Positions 1-13,697 of a stretch of 64,000 bases of DNA are shown one piece after another. A program made the translations under genes and the position numbers. Under the pieces are notes generated by a model. It ran no database searches. It was not told the origin of the DNA and saw only the letters and a list, made by a program, of their open reading frames with translations. Source of the stretch: the human T2T-CHM13v2.0 reference genome, Homo sapiens; assembly GCF_009914755.1 (NCBI RefSeq), contig NC_060947.1; one strand, given 5' to 3'. Within the stretch, counting starts at the first letter, position 1; each line of letters begins with the position of its first letter.

Positions 1-754
1 ACAAATTCATGATTTACAGAGACTTGTTAAATTTGTAGTCTAGAATCACAAAACTGACATATAATGTTCTTTTTAAGGTGAATCATTTTATACATATACT
101 TTATATAAAAACAAGAAAATGGTGCTTTATTTGAATTATATAATTTGAATTTATGAACTGAATTCTGCTCAGCACATATTACCTAATTTTCCTCTGTCAC
201 AAGGCCATGACATTGTGAAAAACAATATATGTATGGTGATGATTCCATTCTTTTTATTACAGATTTGCTACCTAAATATTTTAATCTTACTCTATATTGT
301 AAGCAAGAAACAGTAAAGAGATATGAAAAACTGTACATAGATAAAATTATGTTATTATGTTATACTTTACAGAAAGAATGAAGATGACAAGCTGGATGCT
401 GTACATTAAAAACCATTAGAATTGATAGTTGAGAATTATGAACACTCATTTATTATTTGTTTAGAGCATAAATAGTCACATATTTTGGGCATTTACTCAT
501 CATCAATTTGGATCTTGTTAATGTTCTCAATGAAAACTTCGTGCATTTATTACTCTGTTATTACGACTAGACTGTGTTAGCTTTTTTGGCTGGATTTAGC
601 ATTATAAAACAATAAGTAAACATTATTCCTAAAACTGGAATATATTCTAATATCTAATATGGGATAACATTAGGTCTCAAAAATAGAGAACCAAGGATTA
701 AAATGTCATTAGTTCATACATAATTATTTTGAGTTTGAAACTAAAAGAAGTCAT

Positions 755-1520
755 TATATTAGCTTCCTAGGGTTGCCATTACAGGCATCATAAACTGGGT
801 GGCTTAAGACCACAAAAATGTATTGTCTCACAGTTCTGAGGCTAGAAGTTTAAAATCAAGGGTTCACCATGACCATGCTCCTTCTGAAACCTGTAAGGGA
901 TAATTCCTTGCCTCTTTTAGCTTCTACTTCTTCTTCTTCTTTTTTTCTATGTTTTAGAGACAGGGTCTTGCTCTGTCACTGAGGCTGGAGCGCAGTGGTG
1001 CAATCATGGCTCACTGCAGCCTCAAACACCTGGGCTAGAGCGATCCTCCTGCCTCAGCCTCCCAAGTATGTAGGACTACAGGCAAGCTACCATGCCTGGC
1101 TATTTTTTAAATTTTTTGTAGAGACAGGTTCTTACTGTATTGCTCAGGCTTGTCTTAAACTCCTGGCCTCAAGTGACCCTCCAGACTCAGCTTCCCAAAG
1201 CATTGGGATTACAGGCATGAGCCACTGTGCCTGGTCTTTTTTAGCTTCTTCTGCTTGCCAGCAACGTTTGGCTTTCTGTGACTTGAGATACATCACTCTA
1301 ATCTCTACTTCCACTGTTATATGGCCATCTTCTGTGTATCTTCACATGATTCTATTTACAAAGACACCAGTCATACTGGATTAAGGGCCTGTCTTATTCC
1401 AGTAAGACGTTATCTTAACTAGTTACATATGCAGTGACTCTATTTCCAGATAATATCACATTCTGAAGTACTAGGAATTAAGACTTCAATATATCTTATG
1501 GGGTGACATATTTTAATCCT
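755..1520 (-). mobile_element. MLT1 (ERVL-MaLR) solo LTR, split by an AluJ
   Basis: tattagcttcctagggttgcc...gggtggcttaa...tctcacagttctgaggctagaag; resumes after the Alu with acaccagtcatactggattaagggcc. Confidence 0.8.
926..1236 (-). mobile_element. AluJ
   Basis: Reverse Alu dimer with J-type motifs (gcaatcatggctcactgcagcctc); TSD-like ttttagcttct on both sides. Confidence 0.9.
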
Positions 1521-1600
1521 AGGGGTCATCAAGTTTATGGAATTAACACTAAATAAGTTTATGAATACCAGCAACTTTACTAGCTTTTTTTTTCTCCTAG

Positions 1601-1712
1601 GCATGTCACTCAGATCATTCCTTTAGTTAATTGTACGCATGAAACCTTAAAATTGCAAGTAACAAACAGTAATCCTGAAAATTTTGTCCTGGATATTAAC
1701 AGAAAATCACAA
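1601..1712 (+). CDS. CFAP47: Internal coding exon (xHVTQIIPLVNCTHETLKLQVTNSNPENFVLDINRKSQ), cilia/flagella-associated protein 47 C-terminal region
   Basis: Acceptor ttttttttctcctag|G, donor CAA|gtaagt; 112 nt, phase 2 in / 0 out; open frame joins the next exon. Gene name from recall, not searched. Confidence 0.8.
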
Positions 1713-1851
1713 GTAAGTAAATTCAGAGAGCCATGAAATTTACTGCTGCTAGATCATTTTCCAATTCTGATTTTGGGACACTGGTGGAGTATTATCACTT
1801 GAATTATTACTAAGGATTTAAATTTCTAAAATTTAAGAATTGAATTTTATA

Positions 1852-2158
1852 GGCCCAGCGGGGTGGCTCATGCCTGTAATCCCAGCACTTTGGGAGGCTG
1901 AGGCGGGCAGATCACTTGAGGCCAGGAGTTTGAGACCAGCCTGCCCAACATGGCAAAACCCCGTCTCTACTAAAAATACAAAAATTAGCCAGACGTGGTG
2001 TCACGTGCCTGAAATCCCAGCTACTCGGGAGGCTGAGGAATGAGAATCACTTGAACCCAGGTTGCAGCGGTTGCAGTGAGCTGAGATCGTGCCACTGCCC
2101 TCCATCCTGGACGATAGAACGAGACTCTGTCTCCAAAAGTAATCAAAAAAAAAAAAAA
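1852..2158 (+). mobile_element. AluS (Sx/Sz-like)
   Basis: Full Alu dimer with A-tail. Confidence 0.92.
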
Positions 2159-4523
2159 GGATTTTCTTTTATATACTTCTCCCCTTGAATTTTAATTTAT
2201 CTACAAAACAATATCATGTTAATATAAATTTTTAAAATTATATATGCTAGAATCATGCTCATGATTACTTCATTCTAATAAATTGGTTGCGTTTTCTTTC
2301 TCACCATTTTAGTAATCGGTTTTTGTAATAGTTTCCAGTATTATGATTATTAACTCTATTGTCATTATATGTTGCCAGGGTTCCAAGGGACCAGTTGTTT
2401 TCTAGCCTTTCCTGAGTTCTTGCCCATCCCCCATTCCTCACCCCTGACACAGACACACACTTTGAGACAATGCTGACAACTCTAGCCCTCTCTGCTTCTT
2501 TCTCTGCCCAACTTTCTCATTCTTAGATCCTGGCAGAGGCTAGGTCCAGTCAATGATACTAAATCACTCTTCTCCTTCCTGCAAGTTACAAAATAAGATC
2601 CTAAGGTTTAGCATGACTATCTCTGTTTCTAAAGCATAGGACACCATTTATTTGCAGTGAGTGTCATACTTTCAGGTAACCATCAAAATGATAATTACAA
2701 TAGACTGTTTTTATCAAGGGACTTCAAAGTAAATCATGAAGCCCTGCTAGTAGATATAGTATTTAAATAAAGGCTTTTACTATTTGTTGTTTAACGATTG
2801 TTTAACAAATCTACACTTTGATTTCTTTATTTATATCTTAACATCTGTCTCTTGTCAGTTACTGGTTGCCAACTTATGTAATGATATAAAAGTAGTTCTT
2901 AGCTATCATAATATGTCAAATTAGAAATCACTAATTACTATATTGCTAAAATTGGTGTATATGCTTTAATCTTAGAAAGCGTATATTAAAGTGTACACAC
3001 ATTATTATATCATTCAATACCACATTTTTCCATAAATTATATGAAGTCTGATATTCAGGATATAATTTATATATTACTGAAATTCCTCATTAGAAAGTGG
3101 TGTTTTTGTATCCTTTATATCTCTACTTTTAGAGAACAGTCTAATCTGTGGTCCAAGGGAAAATAAATGTAATATTTTGCACATCCAAAGTTACATTACA
3201 TAATCAAGAATATAAACTCTGTTTTAACATTTCCAACCATGGCTTTCTAGTCCATTAATTCTTCTATTCATTTATCAAACATTATTGAGCACTGAATATG
3301 CAATTAACTCTAATATTAGAAAACAACTCAAAAAGCTATTTATGAGAAAAATACTATCACATTTTAGAAAACAAATAGGAGCACACATTAATTATAATGA
3401 TAATAAATGAAAAATATATAGAGAGAAATATCCATCTATTTATATCCATGGAGAGAATAAACTATTTTTCCAAATTTTCTAAGTTGAAAGACTATATAAA
3501 ATGCAATTTTACTTATTATTTTTGCTAAGTCTGACAGTGAAATTAATTAATAATCCTAAAGTGTATATTAACTGATAATCCTGAAACATTCAAGATATCA
3601 GAGAGCAAGCCAGCCTGAGATAAAAATATTAGATGTAGATAAGCTACAATTGTGTAATAAACAGGTGACTCTGTTCTAAATATAAAATTTAGTTTGCATT
3701 TGCATTTCATAAATAATTATCACAGTTTATTGGGCATCAACTGCTGTATTCAAGAAGGATTGAAAGATACTGCTTAATTGTAATTTTGCCTTTTCAAAGT
3801 TTTTCTGGCAAAATATATTAGTGTAAAATAATAGACTTCCTTTTCATACATGTGCCACTCATGCTATCATTTTGTAAGTGTTTATCTTCAAATTAAATTA
3901 TTTCCAGTGTAGCATTTTGATTACATAATATACTCAAGCCCTTATTATATTGTGTTGGAGTCACTGGCTTCTTTCACAGTCTCTAAAGAAGTAACTTAAA
4001 CTAATACTGTACAGACTCAAGTTATCCTAGCAGGTCACACCTTGAATGTGTAGGAGGAAGAGGAAAATTTCCTTGCACATTAAAGAAGCATGTCTTACAC
4101 CTTTGCTTAGAAACAGTTCATTTCTTTTGAAATGAACAAAAGTAACAAATTAAGTTACAGGTGGTTTGACATGTACCTTGGGATGGGCAATATGCTATGG
4201 GATCTTACATAAAGTGTATATGTCTTTTATTGAAGGTTCGAACTGAGCTTTAAAAATTAACCCTGACTTCCTTGTACAGAATGAGTCCTCCAAGTGGTGA
4301 TTATCTTGGATAAGAACATGATGTGATCACCCCCAAACACGGTTTAACATGGGCCCTTTGAACAATATTCAAGGAGCAGGCATACTGAGAACAGATAATG
4401 TGTGCAAGACAACACATTAATCACACAAACATCGACCCTGCATATAGCTAGTACACAAAGATACCAACTCAAGCCAATTGGGTATTAATTTTTGTTCCCC
4501 CTTTGCTTTTTCCATTTACACAG

Positions 4524-4628
4524 CTGATCATATCTCCTCACTCCACCACAGAATTACCTGTTCTCTTTTATCCTTCTGCACTTGGAAGAGCTGATCATCA
4601 AGCTTGCATCAACTTCTACTGTACTCAG
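4524..4628 (+). CDS. CFAP47: Internal coding exon (LIISPHSTTELPVLFYPSALGRADHQACINFYCTQ)
   Basis: Acceptor ctttttccatttacacag|C, donor CAG|gtatga; 105 nt, phase 0/0; no stops. Confidence 0.8.
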
Positions 4629-5089
4629 GTATGATAGAGTATTCTTGGACCAAACCAAGTTAATTAAATTTTAAATCAATATATAAATAAATATAATTCA
4701 TCATTCACTCAATTATCATATTTTGCAAGTAAAACAAGTTAATTATAAGTTAATTAAATGATTTTTGTAAAATAAAATATGCATTATGTACATGCAGACA
4801 TCTGAAGAAGGTATTTTTAAATACATAGATCAGTGGAATAAAGACAAATATATACCCAGATTTAAAACACAGATATTTCAATGTACATATCAAATCACTG
4901 GCATTTATGTTAATTTTCTGACTTGAGTTTTACTACTCAACTTTCCATAAACTTAAATATAAAATATAGAGTGCAATTTGTAAATATTTGTTATTTTTTC
5001 CACTGCATTTCATCTGAACAGTGTTCCTAAATATTAATTTTTAAAAACAATAGTTTTTCGCTTTTGACAATCTCTAAATATGTCCCATA

Positions 5090-5260
5090 TCATTCTAAGA
5101 ATTATCCCAATTCATTCTCACCGTAGTCCTATAATGGAAGTACTGTTATCAATCCTACTTTATGCATCAGGAATCTGAGACACAGAGAAATTAAAATCAG
5201 GCAGCCAGTAAAAGGTTGAGGTGTGACCTGAATCCAGGATAATCTGGTTTCAACTCATCT
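5090..5260 (-). mobile_element. MIR fragment
   Basis: cctactttatgcatcaggaatctgagacacagagaaattaa resembles the MIR core. Confidence 0.6.
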
Positions 5261-8200
5261 TCATGTCTACTTTTCACAGCTACTTAGTTAGCCAAGTGAT
5301 TGTTAACTCTCTTACTACCAATTAAAATTTTATGTAAAATTTTACCATTTATATTATTTTTACTTCTTCAAATGTTCATGGGGAGGAATGCAAATGGAGG
5401 AATGTACTTTATATCTTAGAAGACATCAAGGAGCTTACAAAACCCTGACATCTGAGGGGCAGTGGAATCAAATATAATACAGGCGTCTCCATGTCAGTAC
5501 AGGGCCTATGGGTAGCTGAAGTATCTTCATTTCCAAAAAATTTGTAATTTATTTTTAGAAAATTTGTTTTGAGGCTGTTAACTTGTCTAAATATGGTAAT
5601 GACTAACTAACACTTTACCTGAGACAAATGCTATAGAAATATGCTTCTTTTTCAAAAATATTAAAGGAGACAAACAGTGATCCTTCTCATACAGAAGGAA
5701 ATATATAATGGAGATTATTTTCTTTCAGACAAGTAATTTTAACAAAGCTGTTCTTTTAAGCGATTGCTGCATAGCAGGATTAGAACCCCTTCATCATAAT
5801 TATTGGGGGCAATTTTTTTGCTTGCATTTCTGGTGGAAAGCATATCTATTCAAGGGCAGTCTTAGAACTCAGCAGGGAGATAATCAGTTCTGTATCTTAA
5901 TAGCTTTAAAAATTCCTAGCCTAGAAGTTGAATGTTAAATTCTTTATCAAACACAAAAAGGCTCAAACAAGAAAATATTATCAATTCAAACCTTCTATGA
6001 GTCAGTTGAACACTGATGGTTAATTTCAGTCACTCTGAGTATCTCCTTCCAACTTGTAGCAAATCTATAAGGATTCAGCCATGATTAGACTTCAATCAAT
6101 AATTCATGCTTTCAGCTATCAGGTCTAGACCTCCTCAACCTTCTCAATATATTGCTGTAACCTTTGTGATTTTTCTTGCCATATTTATCATTGAATCATT
6201 TAGTTCTTCCTCTTTTATTTAATTCATCCAGTTGACATCTTTTGCAAGAAAAACTAGTTCATCATAAAGTATTAATTGAATGAACTTTTGAAAATGTGGT
6301 ATGCATTATGTATGAACAGGCATCTAAAGAAAATATTTTTTAAAATAAACTTTAGAGTTTATTTTTCTAAGTCTGAGTTTGGAATAACATTTACCATTAG
6401 GGAAATAGCCATATAGATTTCCATCCCTCTCTTGATTTAACTGATTAAATCTATCTAAACTGACACACACAGCTGATTAGCTGATGAATCTAAAGCCAAC
6501 TAATGGCTGTTCTTATAGGGTAAACTTTATTTCTGATGGTACCTCTTTGCTGGATTGAGGGAAATGGCTATGGTTCATTATCTGCTTCATTTGTTTCTGG
6601 TTTCAATTCATGTGAAAAACTCTGCAATGTAAAAAATCTAACCATTCAGTTATGATTAGGGTTTGGGTTAAGTTCAAATTGTTTGTGCAGATTTTGAATC
6701 CTGTGATTAATTTGGTCAGGACATCACAACTGCAAATATCATAAACTTATATTTTATGCAACCAGAGTCTCTAAATTAAATTATGTTACTACATAACAGA
6801 ATAAGAGGAGCAGTAGTAAGCAGCAAATGTGGTAAATTATAACTTCTCTTTGGTTTCGAAGATTATGTTCTGAGATTTTCTTTCTTGGTTTTCAGATGCT
6901 TCCTTTTTATTTTCAGATAGGTGCCTTGTTTATTTCATTCCTATTTGATTGTATGATTTGTTTCATCTAAAGGTCAGAATAGCAAAAATTAAGGAAGAAG
7001 TTATAAAATCAGTGGTTTTACAATCCAGCGTGAGTCTGTGATCTTTGTAGCCTGTGCCTATGGAAAGTTCTGATTCTTCTTAACAAGTTTTAATTCTCTG
7101 GAGCTCAGTGTGCAAACTAGATTTGCTATCCTTTATATCCACTTGTTTTCTCTTTCAGAAATATCAAAATTGTATCTTTAAAAGTTTTAATGTCTCTCCT
7201 TTAGAAGAAGATTGAGAAAAATGTGGGCTGAATATATTAATTGTTGAGTGCATATGTTTGCTGGGTTACTTTTTAATTTGCCATTCTGAACCCAAGTGAA
7301 TAATGTAATCAATGCTAGGAAAAGTGTTGGATGTCAGTGTTCAATAATCGTGGGATGTGGTTTAACATAGAAACTCCAGTACTCTATGCGACTTGAGAAA
7401 ACATGAAACCATGACCTTCTTTTTGTCACTTGGCTCATTTACAATGGTTTAAAGTAACACGAGTTCTCCCATTTAAGATTTCTTTTATAAAATATCCAAA
7501 TAGTAAATAATTTACTTAAACCACTTTTTAATTTAATTGAACTCTGATGCTTGACTTTAAACAGTCAATTTTGTGAATCAAGTTAGGACGTTATTATTGA
7601 AAATATAGTTAATTTGTATTATGCTAGTCAAATCTGTGACTAATAGTAATATAGTCATTTGAAGATAATATCCAGATGAAATATGCCTTTAATTCTCTCT
7701 ACTAAGGAGGCAGGATTTTTATGAGTTTTCTTTCACTACTTCTCCTTATTTGAAGTAATCTTCAAGCAAGTTTCCCTCTTTTTATCAGAATTTAAGCTTG
7801 GAAACGTCTATATAGTTTGAGAGATTATAAAGTAGGACATTGTTTGTGATCCCTTTATTCATCTGCACATTACCAAAGTGTTTGTTGCAGAAGTTTAAGA
7901 GACCCTGGAACTGAGTCACAGTGTACTGTACTCTGAAGGGACTTTTATCCTAAAATACAAAGAGATTTTCAAACAGAGCTTTACATGCTAATGAAACTTA
8001 GATAAAAATAATAGCCACATTCAATCTCCTTCACATAATTTTTGATTCATTTATCCATATCATGTGATAACAGATAATGCACTGGACTCGATGATGGAGA
8101 TAAATAATATGGCATGCAATTGTACATACTTCCTTTTATTGGAGCTTCAATCTGTGCCTCATCTTCTTTGCCTTAATGTGGCAGCTATCTGAATTTCATT

Positions 8201-8584
8201 TGAAATTCACCCAAAGAGTTTGGAAACTACATGCAGTGTTTGGTATCAAGTTTGTTAAAAAAAAAAAAACTTGAACAGAAGTGCCAGGTTTTCCATTAAA
8301 CTTTCTCTTTTATGTTGCTATAATAACTTTATGTGCATTGAAATATGTTTGATATTTGAATATTGCACTTTTGCCCTCTTCTGCCTCAAAGTAAAAATAC
8401 ATAGAATTATTTTTCCATAAAATTAAAAGGAATTTGGAAAAGAAAGGAAAAATAAAACAATGCTTTTTAACAACAAAACTTTTCTTATCTGTCCAAATTT
8501 TTATATGCATTATACTTATTAAGTATTGCAAATAAAATATATGCAGTTAGGACACATAAGTTACGAATACTTATCTTCAAACAG

Positions 8585-8741
8585 TTTACAGAATGGAAAT
8601 TCTACTTATCTGGAGTAGGACTATTTCCCCAGCCTCTAGACACGGAAAGAATAACCACACGCATTGGTCTTCAGTCAACTATTGTTATACCTTTCAAAAA
8701 TCCCACAATGGAAGATGTCCTCATTGATATAATACTGACAA
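8585..8741 (+). CDS. CFAP47: Internal coding exon (FTEWKFYLSGVGLFPQPLDTERITTRIGLQSTIVIPFKNPTMEDVLIDIILTS)
   Basis: Acceptor ttatcttcaaacag|T, donor CAA|gtaagt; 157 nt, phase 0/1; open frame. Confidence 0.8.
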
Positions 8742-10928
8742 GTAAGTTGTTTTTCTTATATTTTACATGTTATTTTATAGGTATTTATCAGACTTATTTT
8801 ATCATAGAATCAAAACATTTTAGAACAAATGAATACTTTAGAAATCTGTAAAGAAAATTATCTTATAAAAGAGAAAACAAGATTTGAGAGACGCAGTATT
8901 TTGGCTGAAATCACAGCTCATAATGGTACAGAATCAGAATTAGATAACTATATAACAAATCAAGTTCTTCCAAATTTGGTCTATAAACCCAAATATGTAA
9001 ATTAGTAGATTTGTAAGATTCTTATGATATTATTCAAATATGCCAATGCTTATTCCTCAAAACTTTATAGAAATTCTGATATGGTGATTTTGTTTCCTTT
9101 TTGCATTTTCTTAATAAAGAGACAACATATTTGGAATAAATTGTGGCTTCAATCAGCCTTGTCCCTTTTTTATGCCATATTGAGGGTATATGTTTTTAAT
9201 TAGATTATTTGAAGAGTTTGATCACTTTATATTAAACAAATAAATAATGTGAGTCTGAATTAAAAATTAACTCAGCATGAGTTTTTTGAAACACATTTTC
9301 AATCTAATATTGAGCAGTACCAATTTATCTTTTCAACTATTATTACTACTTCTACTAAAACTATTATTAGTGCAATTATTGGGTTAAAGTTATATATTTT
9401 ATGGTTTTTTATATAAATGACCAACTTACTCTCCAGAATGTTTATACTTTTGCAATTCATGCTGCAATTAGAAGTATAATATAGACATTACCTATTTTCC
9501 AGAACTGTGTAAGCCCTGAGTAATAACATTGTCTTTAGTCTCCATCAATCTGATTGAAAGAACATTATATTGTATTATCATTGCAAATTTTTTATATAAT
9601 GTTGAAGCTGAACATGTCATTTACCTGTTGCACTTTGGTGCTTTTCTATCATTTCTTCATCTTCTTGGAATGAAATAATTTTAAATATTAAGAAAGTAAT
9701 GTCATCTCATGTAAAATTCCCTTATAAGAATTTTGGCTGCGATCAGGAGAGGCATGTGGTGTTTAATAAATGTTGATTGCAAGCTCAAGGAAATTAGCAT
9801 TTTAAGATGGAAAAGACTTGAGCATATGTATAAGCAGAAGGGAGAAGCCAGGGTTGAACAGGAGTTAAAGATATAAACGAGGTAAGGTTTAACTGATAGA
9901 CTAAGGGTCTAGGAGGGTTGGGATCAGAACAGAGGTAAAGGAAGAGCTGAACAGGAGAGGATTTCTTCCTTAGGTGGGGGTAAAATAAAACAAATATGGG
10001 TGTCAATAAATTGGTAGGTAGTGGAAGGGCTTTGGAATTAGGAGCAGTCATATATTTACATTTTTATCTGCTGAGGAAGAGAGATATAGTAGAGAATTTG
10101 AAGAGTGGAGTGGTGGTTTGAAATAACTGTTGGAGAAAAAGGAACATGGAGCTGACAAAATTAAATATAAAAGTTATTGTGTTTGGCTGGGATTTAAATC
10201 ATAAATTTAGATATGCACCAAAAAAAATATGTGTTTGTGACGTTTATACCAATTGTAGGGCACAGAATTTTTAGAATGTCAGCATACAAGGCGTATCAAT
10301 GGATCTTTCCAGGGAATGAAATTTTCAGGATAGGTGCAGCCAAATGACTTTATAACTATGAGCATGTTATAAAAACAAATTTGGATTAAGATTTTAACAT
10401 TAAAAATAAATTTTAAAATAATGTGTGACTTTCTAGTTTTCTAACATTGCTGTACATTTCTTTCTGCTATGTAACAATAAAACATAGCTTGACAATTAAA
10501 AATTGATCAGTCTTTTGCAGTTCAAAACAGTCTCTTTTAAGTAAACTCACTTGCTCTTGGGCAAATGTTCAGGCTTTGTTTCTCCCCCTTCTTCCTTAAA
10601 CCTGAGGAGATATGAGACAAAGGAAGATTCACAGACCTTTAATATCTTGTTTCTCTTTCTCTGTCTCCCTATCCTATGTGAAAAAGAACTTCTTTCCCCG
10701 TTGTTGCTGATGGCATCTCCCTTTCTGTTATATTCTTATCCTTCTCCCTTTTGTGGTATCTTTTTTAGGCATTATCTACGTATCTACTTGTGCTTATAGT
10801 CCTTGGTGGCTAAGCCTCACAATTTGATCTACAGAAAAACATGGTCTACAGAAAAACATGACTGATGAGAAGAATTAAAATATTTAATATATATGCAAAA
10901 TATACTCATTAAAAATAGAGATTAATAC

Positions 10929-11295
10929 TATATTAGTTCATTTTTGCACTGCTATAAAGAAATACCTGAGAATTGGTAATTTATAAAGGAAAGAGGTTTA
11001 ATTGACTCACAGTTCTTCATGGCTGGGGAGGCCTCAGGAAACTTACAATCATGGTGGAAAAAAAACAGGCATGTGTTACATGACGGCAGGGAAGAGAGAT
11101 CAAGTGTGTAGGAGGAAATATCAAACACTTATAAAACCATCAGATCTCATGAAAATTCACTCACTCTCATCAGAACAGCATAGGATAAACCGCCCCATAA
11201 TCCAATCAGTTCCCACAAGATTCCTCCCTTATCACCTGGGGATTACAATTTAAGATGAAATTTGGGTGGTGGGGACACAAAGCTAAACCATATCA
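10929..11295 (-). mobile_element. THE1/MST-type MaLR solo LTR with 5-bp TSD AATAC
   Basis: gaggtttaattgactcacagttc...ggggaggcctcaggaaacttacaatcatgg...ggggacaca..aaaccatatca; aatac at 10924-10928 and 11296-11300. Confidence 0.9.
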
Positions 11296-12019
11296 AATAC
11301 CTTCTCATTTAAATATTTGGAAATGTCTTTAGATTATTTCATGATAGGAGTAGGCAATCTCATTTTGTCTTTTAAAAGAAGATGTAAATTTTCTTACAGA
11401 TTCTACAGAATTAAAAAAAAATTCTTAGGCAAGTTGATAACAAGACTCATCTCACCAAATGGTTCCTTGCTGGTGTGAGGAATCTCACAGCTTTTCAGAT
11501 CCTGCATCCTGCATTCCTCATTTTTCTCTCTCTCTCTCTCCTCATTAGCTGCAAATCCTGGAATGATTTCTTGCCCTTATGGATAGCATGGCAACTTGTG
11601 CATAGCTTGATTTAAATATCTGTCACACTCATTGTAGCTAATATTTGTTAATCCCACAATATTTGTGAGATCTTTGCAGACATGATCTATTAGTAACTTG
11701 AGCAAATGAGACAGAAGAGGCTTTTGATGCTTGTCTGCTGAATGACTGGACCATAAATAAAATACCCAAATTTCTAAAACTTAGAGATAATACGGTATAA
11801 ATTAAGTACCAAAGATCTTTGGAATATCAAAAGACATTATTTCTGGGAGAAGTAATAAAAATAGAAATAGCCAAGACATTAGCAGGAGAAAAGACAGAGA
11901 ATTGGGCAATCCAGAAGTTTGATAGTGAGTTTGAAATTCTAAAAATGCTGCCTTCTTGGAAAAAGTAGTGAATTTGAAGATCTTTATATATTTTATATAT
12001 TTCTAACTCTGTCTGTGTA

Positions 12020-12412
12020 GTGATGGAAGAAAAATTTTAGCTGTATTAAGTTTAACAGAGTTTAATTGAGCAAATAATGATTCACGAATCAGGCAGCCTC
12101 CAAAGCCAGAGTAGGCCCAGAAACCAGCATAGCCACGTGGTGTAAGATTTATGGACAGCAAAAGGAAAGTGACATACAGAAAACAGAAGGGAGGTGCAAA
12201 AACAGCCGATTGGTTACAGCTCTGAGTTTGCCTTATTTGAACATGGTTTGAACACTTGGCAACCTCTGATTGGCCAAACCTCAATGATTGGCACAAGAGT
12301 AGGCTTACAGTCTGTTTACAGTTCCATATAGCTTATGGTTCTCAATGTACAGAGAAACCTTTAGGCTGAACTTAAAATATGTAAGGAGGCAGTTTTAGGC
12401 TAAACTTTTTAA
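12020..12412 (-). mobile_element. MER57-like ERV1 solo LTR
   Basis: End gagaaacctttaggctgaacttaaaatatgtaaggaggcagttttaggctaaac is the reverse of the MER57-group 5' end; three gattgg (CCAAT) motifs. Confidence 0.75.
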
Positions 12413-12415
12413 TGC

Positions 12416-12500
12416 TATCTATCTATCTGCCTATCTATCTATCATCTATCTATTTATCTATCTATCATCTATCTACCTACCTATCTGAGAGAGAGAGAGA
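12416..12500. repeat. (TATC)n followed by (GA)n compound microsatellite
   Basis: Direct reading. Confidence 0.95.
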
Positions 12501-13329
12501 GGCAAAAGAGAGTGGAGATATGCTAGGATATTGAAAAAGTCTTAAATACTATCATAAGGAATCCAACTTTTATCCTTTAGATAATGAGAGTTTTCAAAAG
12601 ATTACCTGTACTTTATAACCCGCATTTTGAACGCTAACTGTAGAATTATTTGTGGATGACGGATATGGATGGGTTGGGGGAAAACTGGAATTGAGAAGCA
12701 AAGCTCAGAAGATTTAAGCCAGTAACAGTGGAAAAGTCCATGACCACAGGTAGCAGAAAAGCTCACAGTATATACCTAGAATTTTCCCTAAAGCCTGAGA
12801 ATCTGTTTCTTTAGCAAACATATTTAATGTTTCATGTGTCCAGACTACTTTTTCTTCAGACAACTATACTATGTTGCCTAAAAGTATGTTTCTAAAGGCT
12901 TACCTGTATTCCTGATATTTTTAATACTCAAGATGAGTGTTTTGTTATATCCATCTTAAAATAGTCCGATGCTAAATATTATTGTGGTTGTGCTATTTGG
13001 AGAAGAAATTGAGCACCTTGGGCACACACTGGTCTGTGCATTACAACAAACTTACCATTATTTCCTAAGGAGAATTTTGGCACCATTCACAGGGAATTAC
13101 TTAGTGGAGTGGCTTGCCCTTCACTCAAGCATAAATACTTGTTATGCTCCACAATTTGCACATGAGGGTGTGAACCCGACCTTTAACTTAACTTTCAGTT
13201 AGGGCATATGGTGCCCTTGTAATTTAACAGGTGATACACAGTTGTGATTGAATCTGGGGACACATAATAGTTATCAATTATAAAGACTATACTGAGCACT
13301 TCATGTGTGTGATTTTTTAAGTTATCTCA

Positions 13330-13697
13330 GGACAACAAATATTCAACTAGTATTTATCTGGGCCATTGTCCAGCTACCAACACCTGTAACTCTTGGATAT
13401 TTCTTCTGGCTGCCCTAGTGAGTTAATTTTTCCTCAACCTATGGATGACAGGAAGTGGTGGAAAAATATTACAGTTCCCATTCCCCTGAGCAGTATACCT
13501 TTGAGATGTGTGTTCTGCACTGGCTCTCAGAGTTCCCTAGCTGCCTTGAGCCTCATGTATCCACAGTAGTAACTTCCTTTATAATACACCATTCATTGGA
13601 GTCCTTCTAATCTTTGTCTCACTTTTGCTCTTCCCTACTGGCATTTCCTGAGGTCACGTCCCAAATAACAGCTTCTGAGGAAACCCCAACTAAGACA
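13330..13697 (+). mobile_element. LTR16-like ERVL LTR nested in a MIR
   Basis: 3' end ttctgaggaaaccccaactaagaca; MIR-like sequence continues at ~13700-13830. Confidence 0.6.

Noticed and set aside
250-320. Acceptor-like ttctttttattacag at ~262
   Set aside because: No convincing donor or phase-compatible frame linking it to exon 1601.
995-1384. Alu-derived ORFs (also 1840, 14554, 15100, 17527, 35471, 38760, 52038, 57508)
   Set aside because: Typical Alu translations (LECSG.ISAHC.L.LPGSS.SPASAS); not genes.
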